Shown: positions 1 to 14,838, numbered from the stretch's first letter. The stretch: DNA of 64,000 nucleotides from Geosiphon pyriformis uo1 (GCA_016748015.1 JAAOMT010000003.1:934373-998372), one strand, 5' to 3'. Notes: generated by a model not told the origin, from the sequence alone. A program made the numbers and translations.

Positions 1-1726
1 CTTTGCGAATGAGTCAATATTTTCTGTTAATAATAATAAATTAAGGATCTAGACCCAGAAAGAGATTTTATTTAAAGTTTGAGAGATGATTTTCAATCGA
101 TTATTCTGAATTGTTGGTTTGGTTTGGTTTGGTTTGTTTTGCTTTGGGTTTGTATTTTTTACTTTCAAATACCCTCTAGAATACAGATTCCCAAATCTAG
201 TATCGGCTATGTAACCAGTGACCGATCTAGCGGTGTAGATCGGGGATTGTGTTGGGGTAATTTTTACGGACAATTGCTCACATTTTAAAAAAATGCAAAC
301 AGTGATTTTTAATGAGGTAGCATTGCAGAAACAATTGTTGGCCAAATAAAAAGTTGGTGGAATGTTGTTTGTTTTACCTATTTCTTTCTTAATCCGTCCT
401 TTCAAAGGAAAATGGCAGACTTAAATGTCCATCTTTTTTAAACATGCATAAAGTTAAAACTTTAAAAATTGACGACTTAAATCTTTCTTAAGGAGTCAAA
501 ATTAAAGTTCAGGAGATTTGGAAATCAAACCTTTACCAAAGTTCAATACATTTATTGAAATTTTTCTGTGGTCCTGCTTTCAGAAATATATTTGTTCATT
601 AATCTTTTAAGTTTCTTTTGCGACTGAAATCCTTACCTTTGGAATTTTCGTGTGAGACTGGCATATTTTTGTTTCTAATTATAATTATAAGCCAATAAAT
701 TTGGTAAAGGGAAAAATTTTTTTTCTTTATTCTCAAGTTTAAGATTCTGAAGAGATAAATAAATGATTAATAAAGAATTTTTTACATTAAGAAAACAAGT
801 CTTTATATTTTTAAAAATTTGATCAAAATTTCTGAAACATTTATCATTTATCATTTATCATTTATGGGGCTTAAAAATCAATGTTAATTAAAGATCCAAC
901 CTTCATATATATATATATATATCAACTTTTAATATGAATTTAAGATTTCATAATTTACCAAAACGCTATTGTTTTAATATAATATTTTATGATGAGCGTT
1001 TTCATTTCTTCTATAAAATGCTCTTTAAACTTGACAATTAGACTCTTGCGTTGCTTAGAATTGATTTTTTAGCTTTTTACAAAAATTTGTTCATCCATTA
1101 ACATATGATCAATTTTGATACAGTCCCGATTTTTCCACATTGTGGGAAAAATGTACACGCGTGCAAATCAGCAAAAAGATTTTTTTATTTGTAATTGCAA
1201 TACAAACGATAAGATTATTCAATGCTTTAACCTGTGAAATAACACAGATCATTTCTCGATAGATTCAGTTTTCTTCCATCAACAAATAAACATGGTACCA
1301 AATAACTTGAACAACTTTTTTGGCGGTATTATTTCAAGACAAAAATTTTTTTCAAAAAAAAAAATATGTGCAACCATAAAATTTCTTTATCAAGTTTTTT
1401 TCGAGCAAATATTTTGCCAATAAATTTTTTTTTTTTGAATAATAATTTTATCATTATACTATGTTAAAATTACGTTATAGCATGCAGCTTTATCTTCCCA
1501 ACATTTCACAATTTTTAATGCCAATAACCGATTGGGATTTACTGATGCATGCACGCCCTGTTATTGGTCTGCTGTTCTACTTTATCCTTTCTGATCAACT
1601 TTTTTTTTTATTTTATTTTTTGCTAAGCTGTATTTATTCCTTTTACTTTCACTATTTCTCTTTTTAACATGCTCCGCGTTTCAATGAACAAATTGTAGGC
1701 AATTTGCAGATCAGCAATCAGACTCA

Positions 1727-1762
<36 letters not shown>

Positions 1763-2360
1763 CGAAAATCCTGGTCGTGCGTCAGTTCACTGAAAGTTTC
1801 TATTGTAAATAATGCTTGACATCAGTCTGATGATAAAAATCCAGACAATGGGTAATAATACTCGTGACAATTTCAGATTCCCACGAATTATTTTGAAAAT
1901 CTATCGCCCAGTTTCGTTTCTTGCCAAAAACGCAGTAATAAGAGAAAAACACTTTCTCTATTCTCGACTTAAAGAATAAAATTTAAAACAATCGATATCT
2001 AATAAAGTTGCATACAAAAACCCCCCACTCCTTCTCCTCCCCTCCACGTTACTCATAAGTGATAGCGAATAAATTTCGACTGCTACAACAGCCCTGCCTG
2101 TTTAACGATTACAACTTACCTGGAAGATTTTGTACTACACTAAAATTTTCGTCTAAAATATTAAATAAACCAACTAAAAAGTTTTGCTCATCGATTCCCA
2201 CTCTAAAAATCCCATTTCTTACTTTGTATTAATTATATCCATATAAAAGTAATAAACTTGGTGGAGTTTTTGCCATTTTCTACTTTGATGATTTAACAAT
2301 TTTAATTCTTCAAAGTAAAACCTTTTTTTTTGCTTCAAAGCTTTTCTCCTTTGACTTAAT

Positions 2361-5300
2361 ATGTCGTCATTTCCAAATAACAACAGTCACTTCAAGGCTT
2401 CGGGTAACACCGCTTTTTTTGGAAATAATGTCGACCCTTCCAATCCAAATAGTAACTCCCCTCCAGCGGCTAAACGAATCTGCTTGACTTCCCCTATCAA
2501 TGATTCCACTCAATCACATCCCGTTCTTGATAATATCTCTAAAAACTTATCATTATCACATTCCTTACTTTCACAAACTAGCTCCCAACCTCATCTTTTT
2601 CCTGCTGAAAATCAGCAACAGCTTCCATTTTTGCCTCAGCGGCAGCAACAGACACAACATGAAAATCAAAAAACAACTGGAAAATCACCAAATGATGAAA
2701 AGACAATACAAAAAATCTCAACGGATGAGCTCGCCACTCGACAGGATGTCGCACGTCTCGAAAAAACTTTGGAAGATTTAGTCCAAATACTGGAAAAAAC
2801 TTCTTTGAAAAATCTGAATGAGAATTCATCATTTTCCACTGAAAATAATTCAACAAAAATTCAAGATCCTACCCAAAGCTCCTCTACCCACAACAATTCA
2901 ATCATTATAGATCTTCCAATACTTGGAAATGACGAATATTCAAATTTCGAAAATCAAGCGTCCAGAAAATCCCCTTTGAGCGCTTTGTTGAACCATACTT
3001 ATCCAGAATCAGTTGTCGATCTCGTCAATAAAATGTCAAATTTCTCAAGATTCTCCTTTAACCCTAATGCTTCCTCTTCAAAAGTATCTACTTGTGAAAC
3101 TGCGAATAAAGCCAACACGGTTTCTCCTGCACCTCCTTCACGTGAGCTGTGTCGGCAATTAATTGAAGATTTTTTTAATCAATTCAATGTCTATTTGCCG
3201 ATCCTTGATCGTAGAAAATTTATTGACCATTGGCGTGATAAGTCAAAGCCTTCACAACTAATCGTGAGCGCTACTCTGGCCGTTGCCGCTACAAGATTTT
3301 CTGATGATCCCTCAATTCAAAAGACCCAAGAGAAACCAGGTGGCGTATTTTATGACGCTGCAAAGGTATACAACCTGAAATTTTTACTTGAATCTCAAAT
3401 TTTTTGCTTTTTCCTATTAAAACTAAAATTCATATGAATTTGAAAAAAATTCAGAAATTGCTTGACACAATGTACGATAAACCAAGAATAGAAACTTGTC
3501 AAGCATTGTTTTTATTGGCACACGCCCAACTTAGCACAGTACGCTTTGAAACTGCTTTGGTTTATTTAGGAATGGCTGGTGAGTGTTCTGAGAATTAATA
3601 TATCCCATTAACCTGCTCACCTTTCAGTCAATCAATAACAAGAATCTCACTCTGAATTCCTAGTCCAAATGTCTCATTCACTGCGATTAGCTCAAAATGA
3701 GCCAACAATATTACCAGAAGAAGATGAAGAAAGAAGAAGAGTGTTTTATTGTATCTATTGCGTAGACAGGTATGCTCTGACCTTTGATATTTTTTCATCT
3801 TGATTAGTAAAATTCCGTTTTAAAGTTTAATCGATCAACATTTGATTTATTATAGATGGTTATCATTTGTACTTGGCAATCCTTTTACGATTGATGACAT
3901 TAACGTCAATGTGCCATTACCGACCCTTCCATCAGCAAATCGATTGACCCGGAATTTCTTTGTATCTTACATAAAACTTTCTAGAATTTTGGGGCAAATC
4001 TGGAAATTTGGTTATTCCTCACAGCCGACAGCATCTACCGGCAATTGGATTGATCATGCGATGGATCCTAAAAGTATGCTGCGGCAGATACGTGGAGCTT
4101 TAGCTAAATGGTTGCAAGACTTGCCTGAAGATCTTCAATATCAATACTTGCCTTCGACTGATAGAAGGACAATCTTTCAACTGGCAAGCTTTACTACTTT
4201 TGCCGGTATGGACAAAACATAAAACGAGTTATAAGGAGAAATTTAGATTTTTCTATACCTAACGAATATTCTTTATAATCCATAGGCCACCTAAACATTC
4301 TTTTTCATACGTGCCTGATTCTACTTCATCAACCTTATATTAAGCGTCAAAGTGAAAGTGGAAAAATGGGAATTTTACATCAAGGGCCGGTTAAAACTTG
4401 TTTAACCGCAGCCTGTACAATTACTGACATTGCTAAAGTGACGCGTCAGCTCGACAAGAATTCATTCAAAAATTTTCAATATTCAATTTATGGTCTTTTT
4501 CAATCAGCTGTGCTTGAATTGGTTGTAATGAATGGATCACAGGAGCATTCACAGAATGCGAAAAAGCTTTTTAATGACACTTTGGAAGAGTTGAGGTTCG
4601 TGGGCACTAGCAGTAATATTTTCAATTTGAATGATTCAGTAAAGGAGCTGGAAGATTTGGCGCAAATAGCTAATGGTGGTGGCTTGCAGTCTGGTATCGA
4701 ATTTGTTGTACCATTAAAATTAGCCGCCCAATGGTTGGATAATCCGGGGACGTCCATGGGCCCGTTAGGAGTAGGTTCCAATAGCAGTGCTGGAAGCGCA
4801 GGTGGATTCGGGGCGATACGAAAGAACAGCGGACTCCCAACCAGTTCAAGTCAAATAAATGCAGCCCCCCCCATTTCAGGAAATTTTGTAACGTTCAACA
4901 ATAATGAATCACAAAAAATAAACAATTCTGTAAATTCAGAGAACATTCAAAATCGAAACAGTAACAATTTTAACAATAGCCAAAAACAATTCTCTTTATC
5001 ACCTGCCTCCTCTAAGAAAGAAGATATAATAATGACAGATTTTTCAAAATTTGATTCAATGGCAAATGTAATCAATAGCAACTTTGACTCAATATCTTCA
5101 TTTTCGGCGCCTTCACACTCTCAACGAGATTCTGTATCACCAATACCTTCACATCAAACTTCTCAACGACTTGATTTAAAATCTCAGCAACAAAAGCACC
5201 CACACCTAAACCAACCCGATCAAATGTTTGACATGTCACCATCAGGCATTTTTCTTGCAGATGAGCAAGCAATACAATTCCAAAGCCTTGCTCTCCAACA

Positions 5301-5742
5301 TCACCATCATCAAATACAATTGCAACAACAACAACAACAACAACAGCAACACGATAATCATAATAACAGTAGTAGTAATCACAATAAAAATAATAGTAAT
5401 ACCAACAATCAGAATGAAAATCATCATTTCATGCATCAACCACATCACCATCATAATCATCATCAGGATCATCTTTCTATACATCCAGTAGAAGCCATAT
5501 CTACCCAAACATGGGATCATTCTTCATTATTTTTAACAGAGGATGAAATATTTTTCGACTCCTCAAGAGATGGTGTTTCAGCAGCAGGTGGAATATCAAA
5601 TATTTCTTCCACGGGGGAAATAATGGTCGGCGATATGTCTGGACCATATAATACATCATCTGGAGTTATGCAGAATATGACTGATCTATTACCTGGAAAT
5701 CAAAAGCCTGCCCCAGGTGGTGATGACGTTTCCCGACATTAG
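2361..5742 (+). CDS. Fungal-specific transcription factor, middle homology domain (Fungal_trans type), 5 exons, ~1013 aa
   Basis: Hand-spliced exons 2361-3365, 3455-3578, 3664-3769, 3856-4205, 4286-5742 (all GT-AG, 3042 nt, frame consistent). Motifs: LIEDFFNQFNVYLPILDRRKF, YLGMAVQMSHSLRL, EEDEERRRVFYCIYCVDRWLS, YIKLSRILGQI, LILLHQPY. Q/H/N-rich C-terminus. Confidence 0.9.
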
Positions 5743-7905
5743 TTCAAAATTTTGCATTTACTTGAGAAAACATTCAAAAAGAATCAATCTATTTTAATAT
5801 GGGGAAGAAAATGTTCCCACTTTCGAATTTTATGTATAAAAGTTTTATTCTTTTTATTCATGCGATTTAATTACTTTAATATTTTAAGCAATTGGCAACG
5901 CATTTATGAATTGTCTTTTTTTTCTGAGTCCCAGAACCTAAAGTTAATTAGCCATTCCTTTTTTTAAAGATTTATGCAAAGCCTTGTCAAATGCTCAACA
6001 TATTTTGTATAATAAGCTGTTTTACTGGTATGAAGCCATACAGACTTTGATTTTCATTTCAATATTTTAGGTTGTACAAATCCTTAATAATGTCGATTTA
6101 GAACGATTTATTTGCCGAATTTAAGGCATTTTTTGATGTAAATTACCGCTTTTTATTTTATTTTTTTTAGTTAAATTTGAATTTATGAATCAAAATTTTT
6201 GAAGGCATATTTTATGTGCTTTAGTCATATTTTTGGGACCTCAATTGGGATTCCTGATTATTAGAATTTTTCGAGAAAATATGAAATTGCTAGTAGAAAT
6301 TTTTATTTTCATTTCTTCTAATAATTAGTAACTCCAATTTTTTTTAGATGTGTTGGTTTTCGTCAAAAACTTGATCATATTAAACCTGGGTTAGGTCCTG
6401 AGCTCGTACTTTGACGAGATTATTTTCTTCGACTTAAAAAGAAGTTTAGCAAGCGAAAATTTGGTACAAAAACATTCTGAAATTTCAAGGAATCATATGA
6501 TCCTCCTTTCATCGATTTAAGGATAGAAGTATGTGACTTGACTTGAATAATTACAATCTCTGACTTATTGCTCGAAGAAAAAGAAAACTATTTAAAACTC
6601 TAAAAGATTTAAAAGGAATTCTTTTGTATGATAGGCTTGATTCCAAATTTAGTTTTAAAAAAATGACTTTTTTGAGTTTTAATCATGTCTGAACCTGAAA
6701 TTATATAAATATAGTTACTGTTCAAAGAGCCCTTGCCTCAACATCTTTTAACCAAAAACTGTTATTACAACGATATTCAATTAAAGAATTTTAAAAAGGT
6801 TAGCTTATTGACTTTTGGTCAATGATTAAAAACATCATTTTTGAGAAATAGAGCTAATTTTTTTTTTTCAAAAAGCAAATGATATAGAAAATTAATTATT
6901 ATAGGAATTGTTTGAAAATAATAAAAAAGGACTCAGATTTGGATTAACATTAAAATAATTAATCGATGGGAGATAAGTTGTTTTATGGCAAAATGTGAAT
7001 TTAAAAATTTTTTTAATTTTGAGAAAATTTGATTTCTAAACATTGAAAGGGAGATTTTTTTGGGGGGGGGGGGAAGGGGAAGGGGTAGGGGTAGGGGTTT
7101 GGTAAGTTTGATTATTTTTTTAGTGATTGGTAAATTTTCTAAAGATTTTTTGTTTAAAAACTTTCGATTTTCACCAAATAAGTCATGGTTTTTTTAAGAA
7201 TGATTGTTCAATTGATTAGTTCAAGAAATCTATAAAAAAAAAAGTAAAAAAAAAAAGGTGAATTTAAGATATTATCAAATCAAATCAATTTCAACTTTGT
7301 TCAATTTCTAAATTTTTTATTTTTTCATCAAAAAAAAAAAAAAAAAAACTTTTTAGCCCACTTTGGCTAATAAGATTGATTTTTATTACAAATGCTAGTA
7401 TCAAATCTTTACTTATGATTCAACCAATCACAAGCTGTACATGTGACTGAATGATACATTAATGGTCTTTAATTTTTTTAAACAAATTCATCACGAATTA
7501 TCAAATATAATTTTCTGTAATTTTCAACCTATCTGGTATGGTAAAAACGAACAAGTTTTATTATTATTATTCTAACTGAGAAATCGGTTACTTTGAATAA
7601 TAATTTATGGAATCACCTTCTATTGTACCATCAATCATAATTGTGAGCTCTAAGGCCCAGATCCAAAAAAAAAATACATCTGGAAATTCATCAAAACCTT
7701 TTCATTTGTATAACTAGTTTAAATTTCCAAACATTTTAATTTTAAGCAAATAAATTTTAATTTCTTTAATTTCTTGATAGTTCTGTAAAATATTTCAAAC
7801 TAAATTAAGGTAATGAGATATTTTTTGGAACAAGCAATCCATTATAAATATTGCAATAATTTATCTACATCGACTTTGATATTTTAAATAATCAAAAAGT
7901 TATTT

Positions 7906-8242
7906 CTAAATAGGATTTAGAAACATGCATGCAAAAATAAAAAGATGTATCGACCAAGTTGGCAAGCTAAATCGGGGAGAGCTATCACTAAATAGTATAC
8001 CAGTTGGGACATTTGAGGTAGCGCGTGTAGTACTCGTAATTTTGGTAACAATTGTAGATGTTCTAGGTGGTATTATAGTCTCAACTACTGTCACTTGACC
8101 ATCGGATAAAGTAGATGTAACTTTCTCTGTGGTACCTGGTATGATGGTAGTAAATGTTGATGAAATAATTATTAAGGATGTAGAGGATGATTTTGAGGTC
8201 GGGGTAGGAGTAGGGCTAGGGCTAGGGCTAGGGCTATTGTTA

Positions 8243-8300
<58 letters not shown>

Positions 8301-8955
8301 TAGTAGACCGAGGAGGGTCAGAAGTTTGAGTGTTCCGAGTTGTTGGTGATGGTTGAGGAGGTGTTGTAGAGGTTGATGTTGGTGATGGGGATTCTTGTGA
8401 AGTTTGTGTTGCTTTACTAGTAGATCCTTGAGATGAAGAATTAGTTTTGGTTTCGGAAGATGATTTTGTTTGAGTATTTGAATTAGAATCCGTTGGCTTA
8501 CTAATTGAAGATGAAGATGTGGATGTAGATTTAGATGTAGATGTTGCTGCCGTCGTTGAATTACTAGTATTGGTTTGAGATGTTTTTGAAGTAACATTGG
8601 TTGATGATGTTGATGTTGTTGATGAGTTTTGTTCGGATACACTTGTTGGAGAATCAGATGATTGAACAAAAGATTTTGATTGAGTTTTAGTCGCAGTGGA
8701 TTTTGATAGAGTTTGGTCAAGTGTATTAGATGATAATGATGATTGTTTTGTGTTTCCATCACTATTTTTATGAGAATCAGGAGACAGAGAAGGCAAGGTT
8801 AAGTTTGGAGACGACGGAAATTTGTTGTTAAGGCCATTGTTGTAGGTTATAGGTAAAGGTTGAGTTGTTGAGATAAGAACGTCAGATTTGATGGGCGCAT
8901 TCGGAGGAACGATTAAAAGTCGAGGAATAATTTCAAGGCTAAAGTTAGTTTTCAT
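7906..8955 (-). CDS. Ser/Thr-rich mucin-like protein with hydrophobic C-terminus (putative GPI-anchored/cell-wall protein); 5' end uncertain
   Basis: 349-aa ORF, very S/T-rich, with poly-N and SP repeats. Ends SDSSPRFSLPTWSIHLFIFACMFLNPI (GPI-signal-like). No clear signal peptide in the ORF. Confidence 0.65.
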
Positions 8956-10402
8956 TGTGGGAAAAAGGACAAATACAATAAAAATTCAGATATTTTTCAA
9001 TATAACCAAAATTATCCTTGGATATTTAGGGTTAAGTTCTTTTGATTTTTACTCACACAATGAAGACCAAAATTTCAAGAAAGGGTTAACAGGTTGTAAT
9101 ATTGAAAAGACAAAGAGGTTGGCAATGCAAAACATATGGACGGATGGATGGGTGGGTGGGTGGGTGGATGGATGGATGGATGGATAGATGGATGGGTAGT
9201 TGTGGAGAATTGATTCAAGTTTGGTGGAAAATGGAAAAAAATGGATAAGATTTTTGGTGGTTTTTTTTTTTTTTTCGGGACGATAAACTATGTTGGAAAA
9301 CTTACATGTCAAAAATATACCATAGATGTTGAAAAGATGATAGTTTAGGCAAAGATTTAAAGTAGGTGGTAGGAAATTTTGGGTTTTTGAGTTGAATTTT
9401 CATGGTGGTGTTGGGTTAATGATTGTATCGTCCAATAGAAAAAGGAGCAAAACCAAGAAGAACCAAAATATATAAGAATTACACCAATACAAAATTATCC
9501 TCACTGACTCACTCACTCACTCACTCACTCACTCACTCATCCCTGCATTCCCTATGTACCATTCTTCCCTTCGAATGGTCACATTTTTTAGCAATACTTA
9601 CGTTCCGGTAGTTTTATTATCTGCTCGTTTTTCTAGAAGCAATAAACTTTCTTCCATAATATTTTCTTTGATTGGGGATCCAATTACCGTAATAGCTGAA
9701 AAAAAGAGTAAAACAACTACCAAGATTTGAGAAATTTTTAGAGTTTTGGAAAGTCTGGCTTTCATTTTGATAGTTTTTTAATTATTTGTTATACTTGATT
9801 TTTGTAATGGTTTTTTCTTATTTTTAAAAAATTCAACTTTAAAAATTTTTTACTTTTTAAACCTCGAATATTGGAAAAAGTGATAAAATTATTTTTTTGA
9901 AGATTACCAAAAGCGGGGTTTGCTTTAAAGAGAAAATGCGACATTTATAGATGATATAATGTACATATAATTGACAAACAATTCTTTCTCCTGTTCACGT
10001 TATTACGGCACGCCCCATGCATCTCTAAAAATACAATTATTCATTACATGATCTGGTACACAAAGGGGGTATGGGACATATTTTCGTGTATTTTGATACG
10101 AGAAAGAAATTCTTGAAAGAAAGGGTTATTCCAATCAAACAATCATCGGGTCCAGTTTTATGTGAGATCATAATGTTGCGTGACATTGTTAAGATTCTTC
10201 GGAACATAATCGAATTTCAGCCGAAAGGGTTATTAGTTTGAGAAACTTTAGAATTTTTGTTGATCACTAATATGAGGCAAGAATTTTTTAAAATGATTTT
10301 TACTCTTTTTGATTATTTTTTAGGAGCTTAATCAGATCAGTAAGGTATACTATTTTTAAATTTTTAAATTGAGATTGAAATTTTTAATATTATTAATATT
10401 AA

Positions 10403-10444
<42 letters not shown>

Positions 10445-11106
10445 ATTTTATTCTTTGTATGAACCCTGATCTTAAAAGAATTTTTTTTTTTTTTAGAAAA
10501 AGATTTTCAGGAGCTGGCTCTTTCCGAGAAAAATTTTAATATGTGTTGAAATTGAGCCTTATGAACGAAAAATATGATATTTAGTAAAGGTAGACTGGAT
10601 GAAAAATAATTTTCTTTCGTTTCAAAAATTAAATACCATGCATTTGAAACGTGGTTTAATGAAGCATGCACTTCCTTAATGATTGATCAGCAGACCTGTA
10701 TTCACCATCTTTTAGCCACAAGAAAATCAATTTACCGTTCCCAGTAATTTGTGACATTCCTTTGTAAGTTTTTTTGTTTAGATATTACCTAAAATTATTT
10801 TTGTCCTTGTGTTTAAAAAGCATAATTTTTAAGTATGTAATTGGAAGAAAATTAAAAATTTTTGCCGCGCGAAATTTTCAGTTTCTCTTGAGAGTTTAAT
10901 CATAATCATAATCATCATAATCATCATCATCATCAGATTCAAATTGACAGATTATCTAACGATAAATAGATTAAGAAAGCAAAATTTAAAATTTGAATAG
11001 AGAAACTTTAAACCTTAAAAAGGACAATAGTTTGTATTCATGAAAAAAGTCTCATTTCTTTAAAACGCCAAAAAAAAAAAAAAAAAACTTGAATATTATT
11101 TTGTTT

Positions 11107-11338
11107 NNNNNNNNNNNNNNNNNNNNNNNNNNNNNNNNNNNNNNNNNNNNNNNNNNNNNNNNNNNNNNNNNNNNNNNNNNNNNNNNNNNNNNNNNNNNNN
11201 NNNNNNNNNNNNNNNNNNNNNNNNNNNNNNNNNNNNNNNNNNNNNNNNNNNNNNNNNNNNNNNNNNNNNNNNNNNNNNNNNNNNNNNNNNNNNNNNNNNN
11301 NNNNNNNNNNNNNNNNNNNNNNNNNNNNNNNNNNNNNN
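11107..11338. other. Assembly gap (N run)
   Basis: Run of n bases flanked by poly-A tracts. Confidence 0.99.
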
Positions 11339-11351
11339 ATTAAAAAAAATT

Positions 11352-11384
<33 letters not shown>

Positions 11385-12242
11385 GTAAATTTTACCTAGT
11401 TGTATTAGTTAAAAATACATAAAATAAATATTTCGTATTATTTTCAAAATAATTTGGGTAGCTACTTTACCTATTGGAAGTACAATGCAAATTAAATGAC
11501 TAGTTAACATTTTTTTTACTTTCAATTAAAGACAATAATATTTGATTCGAAATTTAGTGTTAATAATTTTTGGGATAGATTTATGAATTAAAAAAGAATA
11601 TGTTTATAAATGTGAAAGTTTACAAATAGATATTTGATTACTCTTATTTGCCCCATACTATCATGATTGATTTATAATGTATTTTACACACACACACCCG
11701 TTTACGATAAATATAAATAAAAATAAAATTATTATTATTTTTTTTTTGCCGATATATATTATTCATTATACCGTATTTATGAGTGTTTACTCCACGATCT
11801 GTGAATCAGATTGACGAAAAAAAGACGGTTGATGAAGATCTGATATATGCAAAAGAATTTCCACTATCCGAAGGAATTTAGGAGATATGACAACAATTTC
11901 AAACACGTGTTCAATTAGAAATCAAAAAAATTTCCTTTTTTACAAATTTACAGAAGAAAAAAATATATTGGGAAGCGGGGGATTGACAGAAAATAGAGGA
12001 AATTTTAAAGTTTCATTTCCAATCAGTGATCCACAAATAGCCAATTCTATAAAGCGTGCAAAATTTCAATTGTTCATACACAGTTTTGGGATCGTATCAA
12101 TACTAATTTAAGTTAGGAAACATCTGCTCTTCCTAAAATTTCCTGGTAAATATTTGATTTGTTTTTACAAATTTTTAGTTTGACAAAATTTTACTCATCG
12201 AAATATTATTCGCATTGATATTCAATCAAAAAAAAATTATTA

Positions 12243-12291
<49 letters not shown>

Positions 12292-13369
12292 TTTTTTTTT
12301 TTTTTTTTTTTTGAAATCTGTCAAAACGAACATTGTTTGCATGTTAACAAAATATTATCTTTTGTGACCATTTTTTCAGAGCTGTTATCAATTGTTTTTA
12401 GATTTGGGAAAGAGGGAGAAACGGTTTTTCCAAATGTAAAAAGGAGCAATGGTTTGAATTTAGAAAAAGAAATGTTTTGATCTTTATCTTTATCTTTGAT
12501 TTCAGTTTTGGCAAAATATTTGATTTCTTTCTGGTTAATTTTTTACTTGAAAAAGAGATTTAAAAGAATTTATAAATTATTTGAGATCTTCAATAAGGGG
12601 GTTTCACTTTCAAATTTTTTCTTTTTGGTCTACAATCTGGTTTTTTTTTTTTAGAATTATCATCAAAAGAACTTTTGGAAACCCTTTTTATGGTTAATAG
12701 AGTCTAATCGGAAAACTTTTTTTGTCGATATTTGTGTTTTATTCGATGTTTAGGCTAGATATTGACAGAATTATGCAGAGTTTTCCCCTCCCTGACCCAA
12801 TTAATTTTTCCGACAAGATTGATTCGTAAATGATAGGAAGAAACTTTATTTTTTATTTTCTTTTCTTTTCTTTTTATATTGTTAACTCTTTAAATTCAAA
12901 TAAAATTATGTTACAAATAGATTTTTTTTTTTGTAAATTTTCAAATATTTATCCTTTATTTTTTTTTGATTTTATTTTCATTCCATTGAAAAATTTGGAT
13001 TTTAAAAATTTATGACTCATTATAATGATGATGAAAAAAAAAAAAAATAATAAAAAAATTTTTGATTTTATTGCGGAATTAATCAGAAATCATGAGAATA
13101 TTCTTAACTGAAACCTGATTTGTTGATCACATCCTTAACATCATCCCAACATTAAAAAATATTGATTATCATTTTAATCATTCAAAAATACCATATTTGA
13201 TTGTTTTCACGGAATCATAACATTTCAGAGTTTTTTTTGTCTTAGAATCACACGGCAATGGGGAACATATTTAGAAAAAAGTAACATTGTTTAACAAAAT
13301 AATAATGTAGATTTTTTATATGTTTTTTTCATTAGAGATTGTGAGAGTTTGAAAAAGCAAGTAATTAAC

Positions 13370-13418
13370 TCACTAACTAAATAATTAAATAAAATAACTA
13401 ACTAAATAAATAAATAAT

Positions 13419-13464
<46 letters not shown>

Positions 13465-13466
13465 CT

Positions 13467-13505
<39 letters not shown>

Positions 13506-13510
13506 TTAAC
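13370..13510. repeat. (TAAC)n/(TAAA)n microsatellite
   Basis: Tandem ACTA/TAAC units seen directly. Confidence 0.9.
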
Positions 13511-13886
13511 TTATTAGATTGTTTTAAATCGTAAACTCAATTCGGAATAACACATATCTTTCATAATTATGAAAATCTAAACCTTGGATATCAGATTTTT
13601 TTTGAGCGGGGTATCATAATTATAATTTCCTAAACTGGGTTCAATCTACATCAAAATTTTCTTCATATACTTTGTTCATTCGGTAAATTCGGTTTGGATT
13701 GTGGTTTTTTTCCTTGGTCGATCTTAAAAGACCATATTCAACATTATATTATACATATGTGAATCATTTGGATATCTAGGAATAGAAGTTCACCTTCCCT
13801 ATTTGACCCCTGGCACTTTTTATTTTAGCCTTTTGAAAATTTCTTAAAGTTATAAATAAAAAATAGTCCCATTAATCCCGAGAAAT

Positions 13887-14345
13887 ATGTTTACTCCTGG
13901 TATAGAACCATTATTATTACTACAACCAACATCATCATCATCATCATCATCATCACCACCACCACCACTACCACCACCACTACCACTACCATTACCATTA
14001 CCACTACCATCAACACTATTACCACCACTACCATCAACATTATTACCACCAACACCACGAGTAAACAATATAACTTCTCGTCAAATTCAAATTATTAATC
14101 AACAAATGCAAATGCCAAGGGTTAATATTATTCCAGATATCCGATATTATAGGCTTCAAAATAGTTTTGAGATCCGTTCAGACTATATGGTGCCTGGAAC
14201 AATAACTAGGATCACATACTGCGTAAGTTTTTTTTTAAAGTTTTTTTTAGAGAAAGTACAATTTTTTTTTTTTATTTATTTATTTATGATTTGAACAAAA
14301 GATTAAAAATATTTTCTTTCATTTCATTCTATTCTTTAGCCATAA
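13887..14345 (+). CDS. Possible small proline-rich protein (~113 aa, 2 exons)
   Basis: ATG 13887, poly-S/poly-P tract, then non-repetitive sequence. Donor GTAAGT at 14223 and acceptor TAG at 14339 give ...TYC|P-stop. Much of the ORF is trinucleotide repeat, so it could be spurious. Confidence 0.35.
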
Positions 14346-14449
14346 AAAACCAACAATAATAATATTAAGATATATAGTTCGATTTCGGAAAAAAATTCAA
14401 CACAATACATGAAATTATGATTCTTTTCACATTAATGAAAAAAAAAATG

Positions 14450-14495
<46 letters not shown>

Positions 14496-14838
14496 TTCTC
14501 ATATGCTTTCAAAAATTTAGATAAAAAATTTAGATTACCTTATTCTGCGCAGAATAAAAAATTTTAGAACATTCGTAAAAAAGTGTTGTACCCAATTTGA
14601 AAATTTTTTTCGTTCCAATCGATTTTGTTTCTACCCTCGTTGTTGGTAGTACTAGATTTTTCCATTTTTCCATTTCTTCATTTCCGTCTTTTCGCTCATA
14701 TAATCTATTCTTCTCGAATTTTCGATTCGCTCTTATTTAATATTTCAGATCACGTTCTCCAAGATGTTTTAGCGATTACACAACTTTTATTTAAAAATTA
14801 TCTCTTCTTTATATAAGCTTAAGAAAATAAGTGTTTTA

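Noticed and set aside
5228-5520. Overlapping poly-N/I/L ORFs
   Set aside because: Shadow frames of the Q/H/N-rich region of the transcription factor.
8211-8236. (TAGGGC)n telomere-like repeat
   Set aside because: Only ~4 units, and it encodes the SPSPSP tract of the minus-strand mucin gene; not an interstitial telomere.
11089-11343. 84-aa ORF of X residues
   Set aside because: Artefact of the N gap.
11780-12150. Coding-like patch with a 74-aa ORF
   Set aside because: No motif or convincing splice structure; insufficient support.
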